Position numbers and translations under genes: made by a program | Assembly: GCA_025453395.1 (NCBI GenBank) | Contig: JALOQK010000003.1 | Span: 82,711 to 146,710, forward strand | DNA from: Candidatus Omnitrophota bacterium | Lineage (GTDB): Bacteria; Omnitrophota; Gorgyraeia; Gygaellales; Profunditerraquicolaceae | Direction of reading: 5' to 3' | Length of the DNA stretch: 64,000 bases | Shown here: positions 57,561 to 64,000 of the stretch, one piece after another | Layout: every line of letters starts with the position of its first letter | Position numbering within the stretch: the stretch's first letter is position 1 | The notes under the pieces: model-generated | Database searches by the model: none | What the model was told of the DNA's origin: nothing | Seen by the model: the letters and a program-made list of their open reading frames with translations, nothing else

Positions 57561-57613
57561 AACGAGAAATTAGAATAGTAAAATTTTACTATATTAAAAA
57601 AAGAAGGAAGTTT

Positions 57614-57892
57614 ATGGATTGGGATATAGAGGTAAAAGAGCGCCTAAAGCAGATGACTGCGAAGATTCCGGTTTTTCACCGGCACATTACCCAAAACGCG
57701 GTTACGCTTAAGGCGGAAGAAAACGCCCGCCAAAGAAACTGCCCCAAGGTGGAAGAAGTGGATGTCTTGGGCGCTTTTTTTTCGGATGTGCCTTCGCCAT
57801 TCTACAGTATGATGGTCAGGCTATTAGAGCAAAGCGGTTTTGACTATAAAAAATACGGTTTTCCTAAAACGAAACCCAAACTTATGGAGTGA
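57614..57892 (+). CDS. PCP_red-domain small protein (the domain is otherwise C-terminal in protochlorophyllide reductase subunit B; standalone form of unknown function)
   Basis: 'WDIEVKERLKQMTAKIPVFHRHITQNAVTLKAEENARQRN' matches the PCP_red pattern W..eA...l..iP.fvR..v....E..Ar. Confidence 0.5.
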   Translation: MDWDIEVKERLKQMTAKIPVFHRHITQNAVTLKAEENARQRNCPKVEEVDVLGAFFSDVPSPFYSMMVRLLEQSGFDYKKYGFPKTKPKLME

Positions 57893-57901
57893 TAACGCAC
57901 T

Positions 57902-57921
57902 CCTGCCTGCCGGCAGGCAGG
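57902..57921 (+). terminator. Perfect 20-nt GC palindrome CCTGCCTGCCGGCAGGCAGG followed by a weak T-rich tract; terminator or attenuator between the PCP_red gene and the reductase gene
   Basis: Read directly. The downstream tract 'taagtttgaggttgagttt' is only weakly U-rich. Confidence 0.4.
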
Positions 57922-57940
57922 TAAGTTTGAGGTTGAGTTT

Positions 57941-58000
57941 ATCCCGACGAATATGCCAAAATTATGGAACAGAATTTTGGCATAGTTTATGAGTCGGGAT
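57941..58000 (+). promoter_or_regulatory. Nested inverted repeats ATCCCGAC-[ATGCCAAAATT-loop-AATTTTGGCAT]-GTCGGGAT forming a roughly 60-nt stem-loop 20 nt upstream of the reductase start
   Basis: Read directly. Outer arms are 57941-57948 / 57993-58000. Inner arms are 57953-57963 / 57973-57983. Confidence 0.45.
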
Positions 58001-58019
58001 AGAGAAGCAATAAAATAGA

Positions 58020-59030
58020 ATGAAAATTGGGGTTATTGGCGCCGGGGCAATAGGCAACCTTGTTGCCGCGTATCTTAAATTAAAAGAAGAAGATGTTTTT
58101 CTTGCTGGCACAGCATCGTCTATTGATGCCATAAAGAAAAATGGCCTTGATGTTTCTGGTGTGCGCGGAGATTTTCATCTGTCTTTAGATTGCGGATTAT
58201 TGCTTAATGAAAAAAAAGACCTTGTAATACTGGCGGCCAAGACACAGGATTTAAAAGAAGCCCTTAACGCCAACTTAGATTTTATTAAAGGCGCTTTATT
58301 GGTTACTACGCAAAACGGCGTTGCCGCAGATAGTATTGCTGCTGGTTTTGCCCCCAAGGAAAATATTATCTCAAGCATTGTTATGTTTGGCGCTACTTAT
58401 TTAGAGCCGGGAAAAATAGTGCATAATTTTGAAGGAAGCTGGATTTTAGCAGGCGCCTTTGGCAAAAATAATAAAAAAACCCCGCAGGTATCAGAGGTTT
58501 TAAATAAAATATTCCCTTGTTTAGTAAGTGAAGATATCCGGGGGATGAAGTATTTAAAGATCTTTGTTAACGCCAACAATTGTATCCCGGCGGTATTAGG
58601 CCAGAGCATGCAGGAAGCGTTCTCTGACCTAGAAATAAGCAGAATCAGTATTGCTATTTGGAAAGAGGCCATGGATGTGGTTTCGCGCTCTAATATAAAA
58701 CTTGTTTCTCTGCCGGATTTTCCTCTTGAAAGGCTAGTGCGTATGACCCAAATGCCGATTTCCGAAGCCGCGCGCATTTATTCCGGGATCATGGCGTCTT
58801 TAAGCAAACAGCCCGTTTATGGCTCGATATTGCAGAGTATTAAACGTAAACGCGCTTCCGAAATAGATTACATTAATGGCGAATTCGTTTCTCTGGCAAA
58901 AGTCCATAATTCACAGGCGCCGCTTAATGAAATGCTGGTTAGTATGGTGCACAGGGTAGAAAAAACAGGGGATTTCTTTTCAAAAGAAGAGCTTTTGAGT
59001 AAAACCAAAGATTTAGTGGAGAAGATATGA
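58020..59030 (+). CDS. Ketopantoate-reductase-family (ApbA/PanE-like) NAD(P)H-dependent reductase
   Basis: 'MKIGVIGAGAIGNLVAAYL' Rossmann motif. ApbA_C-like C-terminal half ('EIDYINGEFVSLAK'). Confidence 0.65.
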   Translation: MKIGVIGAGAIGNLVAAYLKLKEEDVFLAGTASSIDAIKKNGLDVSGVRGDFHLSLDCGLLLNEKKDLVILAAKTQDLKEALNANLDFIKGALLVTTQNGVAADSIAAGFAPKENIISSIVMFGATYLEPGKIVHNFEGSWILAGAFGKNNKKTPQVSEVLNKIFPCLVSEDIRGMKYLKIFVNANNCIPAVLGQSMQEAFSDLEISRISIAIWKEAMDVVSRSNIKLVSLPDFPLERLVRMTQMPISEAARIYSGIMASLSKQPVYGSILQSIKRKRASEIDYINGEFVSLAKVHNSQAPLNEMLVSMVHRVEKTGDFFSKEELLSKTKDLVEKI

Positions 59031-59620
59031 GCGAAGTCAATACACCGTTCCCAAAACTAAGGTTAACCGTTAGCGCTGTTTATGGTGAATGTTACCATGG
59101 CTACAAAAAGGGCGACGAAATAATTTTAGAGGATTTTACCCACCCGCCAAAGCATTTTTGTCTGGGCCTGGCGCATGCCCTTTTTCCGGTAATTTACGCG
59201 TTAAGTTTCGGAGCAAGATTTCCCTTTCGTGACAATCAAAGGTCTTTATTGGTGACCTGCCCTGATGGTGGTAAGCTTGAATTTAAAGCTGAAATCTTAA
59301 ACAAAGATGGCAAGATAGAAGAAATGCCTAAGGATCCGAATTTCAAAGGGCCAAATCCAAAGAAGATGATAATTGAGGTGGTTGAGGCAAAAGGAAAATG
59401 TACTTTTGGTTATAAAGTAGGCGATAAATGGGAGACTTGTGGCTTGAAGTGTATTCCCGGATTTTGCGGAGCAGCATTTCATACTGCCTTTCCGGCATTG
59501 TTCGCGCTTAATTTTGGCGCCAAGTTCTTTTTTATGCAGGATCCAAATTCTATTGATACTGTAACTTGTCCCGATGGCGGGAACATTATATTTAAGGTAA
59601 AAAGGATTGAAGAGAAATAA
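59027..59620 (+). CDS. Tandem-duplicated TIGR04076-like Cys-rich protein (two copies of about 95 aa, each ending in CPDGG)
   Basis: Internal repeat: 'CYHGYKKGDEI...HPPKHFCLGLAHALFPVIYALSFGARFPF...LLVTCPDGGKLEFK' versus 'CTFGYKVGDKW...CIPGFCGAAFHTAFPALFALNFGAKFFF...DTVTCPDGGNIIFK'. Confidence 0.5.
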   Translation: MSEVNTPFPKLRLTVSAVYGECYHGYKKGDEIILEDFTHPPKHFCLGLAHALFPVIYALSFGARFPFRDNQRSLLVTCPDGGKLEFKAEILNKDGKIEEMPKDPNFKGPNPKKMIIEVVEAKGKCTFGYKVGDKWETCGLKCIPGFCGAAFHTAFPALFALNFGAKFFFMQDPNSIDTVTCPDGGNIIFKVKRIEEK

Positions 59621-59622
59621 TT

Positions 59623-60885
59623 ATGAATAAAAAACGCGTTGTGATTACAGGTTTAGGGGTTATATCCCCCAATGGCATTGGAAAAGATAATGTCTGGCAG
59701 GCGATGGTAAATGGAAAGTCCGCGGTGCGTAGGGTGGATAGTTTTGATGTTTCGGTTTTTAACACCAAGATTGCCGCCGAGGTTAGAGATTTTGATCCTT
59801 TTAAATTGGGCCTAACCCATGACGAGGCCATGCGTATGGACCGCTATGTGCAGTTTGGGGTTGTGGCAGCTGATATGGCGATAAAGGATAGTAAATTAGA
59901 TTTTTCTAAAGTAAACCTAGAGCGCGTGGGGGTGTGCCTTGCCAATGCCATCTGCGGCACAAAATATATGGAAGAAGAATTCGCCCTTGTTACTGATGAC
60001 GGGAGAAATCCCATTGATCCTTTAAAGGTGCGCCCTGATTTGTATGATGCCGCGATGTTTAATACTCCCTCCATAGAGATTTCCGCGCGTTATAAATTAA
60101 AAGGTTTCTGCAACACTCTTTCTACCGGTTGCACCGCCGGGACAGACTCGCTTGGATTCGGTTTAGAGGCCATTCAGGACGCAGAACAGGATATTATGGT
60201 CTGTGGCGCGGCCGAGGCGCCGATTACGCCGATTACCTTTGGGGCTTTTGACGTGGTCAATGTCTTGTCTGTGCATAATGATATTCCGGAACAGGCCTCC
60301 AGGCCGTTTGATAAGAAACGTAACGGCTTTGTGATTTCCGAGGGGGCAGGGATACTTATCTTGGAAGAATTAAGCCACGCCTTAAAAAGAAACGCGCATA
60401 TTTACGCGGAGGTATCGGGTTTTGGCACAAGCTGTAACGCCTTTCATATGACTGACCTGCCTTCTGACGGAACAGCTATGGCAAATTGTATTAATCTTGC
60501 CCTTGCCGATGCTTCTATGAAACCGCAGGAGATCGATTACATAAATGCCCATGGCTCTTCCACGCGCATGAACGATATCTTTGAGACTGCGGCCTATAAA
60601 ATGTCATTTGGGGATTACGCCTATAAATTGCCGGCAAGTTCCTTAAAATCCATGATCGGCCACCCGTTAGCTGCGGCAAACGCCATAGAGTTAGTGGTTT
60701 GTTGTTTTATTTTTAAGAATAATATTCTTCCTCCGACAATAAATCAAGAGGAGCGCGACCCTTTATGCGACTTGGATTATGTTTCAAACGTGGCACGGGA
60801 AAAGAAAGTAAATACAATATTAAAGACTTCAAGCGGTTTTTCAGGGATACATTCGGCCTTAATTGTGAAGAGGTTCAAAGAATAA
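59623..60885 (+). CDS. Beta-ketoacyl-ACP synthase (KAS I/II / type-II PKS KS-alpha-like), catalytically complete
   Basis: 'RVVITGLGVISPNG'. Active-site Cys in 'LSTGCTAGTDSL'. 'NAHGSST' His and 'MIGHPLAAANAIE' His are both present. Confidence 0.8.
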   Translation: MNKKRVVITGLGVISPNGIGKDNVWQAMVNGKSAVRRVDSFDVSVFNTKIAAEVRDFDPFKLGLTHDEAMRMDRYVQFGVVAADMAIKDSKLDFSKVNLERVGVCLANAICGTKYMEEEFALVTDDGRNPIDPLKVRPDLYDAAMFNTPSIEISARYKLKGFCNTLSTGCTAGTDSLGFGLEAIQDAEQDIMVCGAAEAPITPITFGAFDVVNVLSVHNDIPEQASRPFDKKRNGFVISEGAGILILEELSHALKRNAHIYAEVSGFGTSCNAFHMTDLPSDGTAMANCINLALADASMKPQEIDYINAHGSSTRMNDIFETAAYKMSFGDYAYKLPASSLKSMIGHPLAAANAIELVVCCFIFKNNILPPTINQEERDPLCDLDYVSNVAREKKVNTILKTSSGFSGIHSALIVKRFKE

Positions 60886-60886
60886 A

Positions 60887-62119
60887 ATGGATAGAAAAAT
60901 AGCAATCACAGGTTTAGGGATAGTCGCTCCTTCGGGAATAGGCCGTAGGCAGTTTTGGGCAAACATTAAATCCGCAAGAAGCTTTGTGAAAAAGATCAAC
61001 CGTTTTGACGCTTCTCGGTATCCATCGCATATTGCCGGGCAAATTGATGAGCTTGATAAGTATAGCAATGTCTCCGAGCGGCTTCTAAAAAAGATGGATG
61101 CCTTTTCCCACATGGCGTTGATTGCTTCGGAGCTGGCGTTAGAGGATGCCAAGATTGATATAAAAAAAGAAGACCCGAATTTAGTGGGGATATTTTTGGG
61201 CAATGCCATTGGCGGCTGGCTTTATGCCGAAACAGAATTAAGGGACCTGTATATTGAGGGAAGAGACGGAGTTTCTCCTTATATGGCCTCAGCCTGGTTT
61301 CCGGCTGCGCCGCAGGGCCAGGTGTCTATTTATTACGGGATAAAAGGTTTTTCTAAGACCGTTGTTTCTGACCGCGCCAGCTCCCTTGACGCGTTAGGCT
61401 ATGCCAGAAAAACCATTTCTAAGGGCAAGCTAAATATGATTTTAGCCGGAGGCATGGAAGCGCCGGTTACTCCTTATGCTCTTTTATGCTGCAATACTTA
61501 TGGCGGGCTTTCCGTAGAGAATGATAACCCGGAAACAGCCTATAGGCCATTTGATAAGAAAAGAAGCGGGTTTGTTATTGCTGAAGGAGCCGGGATAGTG
61601 GTGTTAGAGCCGCAGGAAAGAGCTTGCAAGCGAAATGCTCCGGTTCAGGCCTATATCTGTGGTTATGGCTCTACCTGCGACGCAGTAGACAGGATTAATC
61701 CGGATAAAGAAGGCAAAGAATTAGCCCGCGCGATTAACATGGCTTTATCTGATGCTAACTTTTCTCCTGAAGATATTGATTATATAAGCCTTGATGGCTT
61801 AGCAGTGGGCGTGTGGGATGATTCAGAAATTAAAGCCCTAAAAGAGGTTTTTGGAAAGCGTATGGAAAAAATACCAGTTAGCTGCCCCAAGAGCATGTTT
61901 GGAAACTTATTGGGCGCATCTGGGGCGGTGGACCTTATCGCAACAATTTTAGCTATGGAGAATAATTTGATTCCGCCTACCATAAATGTAGAATCTTGCG
62001 CCTATGAAGGGATAAACTTGATTTGCAATAAGGCAGTTCCAGCAGAAATAAAAAAAGCGCTTATTATCTCCCGCGGCAGAGGCGGGATAAATTCAGTCTT
62101 GGCAATAGAGAAAGCATAA
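60887..62119 (+). CDS. Ketosynthase-like protein lacking the Cys-His-His triad (KS-beta / chain-length-factor-like partner)
   Basis: Thiolase fold ('IAITGLGIVAPSG'). The Cys position reads 'VVSDRASSLDA' with no Cys. The 'HGT' position reads 'SLDGLAVG'. The 'GH' position reads 'FGNLLGASGA' (His to Asn). Confidence 0.7.
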   Translation: MDRKIAITGLGIVAPSGIGRRQFWANIKSARSFVKKINRFDASRYPSHIAGQIDELDKYSNVSERLLKKMDAFSHMALIASELALEDAKIDIKKEDPNLVGIFLGNAIGGWLYAETELRDLYIEGRDGVSPYMASAWFPAAPQGQVSIYYGIKGFSKTVVSDRASSLDALGYARKTISKGKLNMILAGGMEAPVTPYALLCCNTYGGLSVENDNPETAYRPFDKKRSGFVIAEGAGIVVLEPQERACKRNAPVQAYICGYGSTCDAVDRINPDKEGKELARAINMALSDANFSPEDIDYISLDGLAVGVWDDSEIKALKEVFGKRMEKIPVSCPKSMFGNLLGASGAVDLIATILAMENNLIPPTINVESCAYEGINLICNKAVPAEIKKALIISRGRGGINSVLAIEKA

Positions 62120-62227
62120 AGCGTAAAACGAAAAATTAAAAACCATAATTCAAAACTCAAAATTTTTAATTTTACACTATAGTTTTTCACTTTGAGCTTT
62201 TAGTTTTACGCTAAAAATGGAGGATTT

Positions 62228-63688
62228 ATGAAGATTTTATTTGTGATGCCTAAAGTTGGAGCCTGGGCTACCCACGGAATACATCGTTCGCCTAACCAGC
62301 TTTACGCGCATTGGGCCGCCTATGTCCGCGAAAGAGGCTATAAGGATATCGCGGTTATAGACGGAAAAGCTGATCAGACCCCTATGGATGAATTAGTCCA
62401 AAAGGTTAAAGTTATAAATCCCGATGTGGTAGTTATGGGTGAGCAGCTGCATGGTTATGGCGGATACGGGGTCCTAAGGCATTTTAAAGAAGCAGCGCAA
62501 AAGATTAAAAAGGCGCTTCCCAGGACTAAAATCATCTTAGGCGGCTTGTGGTATTCAGCTATGCCAGTACCCACCCTTGAGGAAAACCCGGAAGTAGATT
62601 TTATTGTCATGGGCGAAGAAGAATCCTTTGGCGATTTAATAGAAGCAATAGACAAAAAAACGGATCTTAAGAATGTAGGAGGGGTTACTTCTCGCGTAGA
62701 CGGACAAATTGTGATGGGGCCGCATAAACCATTAATGAAAGACTTGGATAAATTGCCTTTGCCGGCCTATGATTTGTTTCCCATGGATAAATATGTGGGC
62801 CACACTTATTGGAAACCATTTGTGGATATGGTAACAAGCCGCGGTTGTCCTTCGGCGTGCACATTTTGTTATGAGTGGGATCAATATGATCCTCGCCATC
62901 CTTCGGATTTTTTGACTTGGCGCGCCAAATCTCCAGAGAGAGTCATTGAGGAGATGGAAGTCCTGCAGAATAAATATGGGGTAAAGGTAGTAGTTATCCA
63001 GGATGATAATTTTAATGTCGACCCGGAACGGGTAAGAAAATTTTGTGAATTAAAAAAGAAGAAGAAAATTGATATTAAATGGGTTTCCTTAGGAAGAGCC
63101 ATTGACTGGGTGAATTGTGAACAAGTATTGCCATTAATGAAAGAAACCGGGCTTTTTATGGGAGTTTTCGGCATTGAGGTAACTACACAGTCAGAGCTTA
63201 AGAAAATCGCCAAGGGTATTACTCTTGATCAGATCCAGAAAACTATTGAGCTTTTGCGCAAACACGATATCGCCATTGTCGCGGATATTATGATGGGTTT
63301 TGATTATGACACCGAGCAGATTATTAAGAAGCGATTTGAATTTACCGATCAGGTTGATCCGGATATTTTGTGGGTGGGCTACGTAACCCCAGCTCCTAAT
63401 TCTCCGATGTGGAGGATCGCCATGAAGAAAAACTGGATCGATCCTAAGAAAGTTGATTTCAGCACTTGGGATTTTCTGCATCCGGTTATTCCTACGGATC
63501 ATCTTACTACCGAAGACTTAGGCAGGCTTGGCTCATGGTGCATGAGAGAATTTTTCTCTAAGCCCGGAAGAATACATAGGATCATGGAAAGCAATTTTGA
63601 TCCTCTAGCGAAGTTATGCTTTAAAGATGTTATGGATGGGATTAATAAATGGGAAAACGCAGCCACTAAAGGTGAAGTGCAGATATAG
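62228..63688 (+). CDS. Cobalamin-binding-domain radical SAM enzyme (class B radical SAM)
   Basis: N-terminal B12-binding-like Rossmann domain. 'SRGCPSACTFC' = CxxxCxxC radical SAM cluster motif. Confidence 0.8.
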   Translation: MKILFVMPKVGAWATHGIHRSPNQLYAHWAAYVRERGYKDIAVIDGKADQTPMDELVQKVKVINPDVVVMGEQLHGYGGYGVLRHFKEAAQKIKKALPRTKIILGGLWYSAMPVPTLEENPEVDFIVMGEEESFGDLIEAIDKKTDLKNVGGVTSRVDGQIVMGPHKPLMKDLDKLPLPAYDLFPMDKYVGHTYWKPFVDMVTSRGCPSACTFCYEWDQYDPRHPSDFLTWRAKSPERVIEEMEVLQNKYGVKVVVIQDDNFNVDPERVRKFCELKKKKKIDIKWVSLGRAIDWVNCEQVLPLMKETGLFMGVFGIEVTTQSELKKIAKGITLDQIQKTIELLRKHDIAIVADIMMGFDYDTEQIIKKRFEFTDQVDPDILWVGYVTPAPNSPMWRIAMKKNWIDPKKVDFSTWDFLHPVIPTDHLTTEDLGRLGSWCMREFFSKPGRIHRIMESNFDPLAKLCFKDVMDGINKWENAATKGEVQI

Positions 63689-63730
63689 CCCGCAGTTATG
63701 GACAGGTAAGAACTCAAAAAGAGGAGTAAG

Positions 63731-63961
63731 ATGGATACAAAAGCAAAAATAAAAGATACCTTTGTGAAGCTACTTAAAGTAAAGCCAGAAGAATTAAAAG
63801 ACGAAGTGTCTTTGGTAAATAGCATTGGAGTAGATTCAACCGAGATGGTGGAAGCCTTGATTGCCTTGGAGAAAGTCTTTAATACCAAGCTTGGGCCCAA
63901 AGAGATTACCAAGAATTCTACCATAAGCGAAATCGAAAAAGTTATTCAGTCCAAACTATAA
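63731..63961 (+). CDS. Acyl carrier protein
   Basis: 76 aa. 'IGVDSTEMVEALIALE' contains the phosphopantetheine-attachment DS motif in a helix II-like context. Confidence 0.7.
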   Translation: MDTKAKIKDTFVKLLKVKPEELKDEVSLVNSIGVDSTEMVEALIALEKVFNTKLGPKEITKNSTISEIEKVIQSKL

Positions 63962-64000
63962 GGCGGCATCTGATGCGCATAATTGACTTGAGCCTTCCCA

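Noticed and set aside
1-64000. CRISPR arrays, rRNA, IS elements or prophage genes
   Set aside because: No regularly spaced direct repeats of 25-40 bp, no transposase, integrase or phage structural motifs, and no rRNA-like conserved stretches seen on reading the window.

Overview
This is a bacterial chromosomal window of moderate GC, almost fully coding and mostly on the + strand. Several genes look archaeal- or eukaryote-like (PAC2, UPF0280, eukaryotic-type hexokinase, EndoIII-like), which hints at a candidate-phylum bacterium. The window reads as follows. (i) Housekeeping and repair genes: CsaA-like tRNA-binding protein, YkgJ, DnaQ-like exonuclease, EndoIII-like, hexokinase, M20 peptidase. 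(ii) A MoxR-DUF58-membrane-protein triad. (iii) Cell-envelope glycan genes: GT4, WecA/MraY-like, O-antigen-ligase-like, GT2. (iv) Rex. (v) Two tandem Ddl-like ATP-grasp ligases followed by a lysine-2,3-aminomutase-type radical SAM enzyme. (vi) An EF-G paralogue, a truncated YchF-like protein, purH, folC, mnmE and folE. (vii) A PEGA / membrane-GT2 / TM-TPR module. (viii) A MarR-TolC-MFP-RND efflux operon with a PII-like gene and a divergent two-component system. (ix) A minor-pilin operon led by a roughly 1050-aa PilX-like protein. (x) At the 3' end, behind a consensus sigma70 promoter, a compact biosynthetic locus that runs off the window: PCP_red-domain protein, ketopantoate-reductase-like reductase, a tandem-duplicated TIGR04076-like Cys-rich protein, an active KS plus a catalytically dead KS partner, a B12-binding radical SAM enzyme and an ACP. 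That last locus is the best candidate for an undescribed type-II FAS/PKS-like lipid or polyene pathway. Non-coding highlights are a GC-rich, highly structured 136-nt element after folC, a dispersed AT-rich 'TTGGTTATTGATTATTGG' repeat family ahead of two genes, in-frame heptanucleotide tandem repeats inside folC and mnmE, and several promoter and hairpin leaders. No rRNA, tRNA or CRISPR array was recognised.
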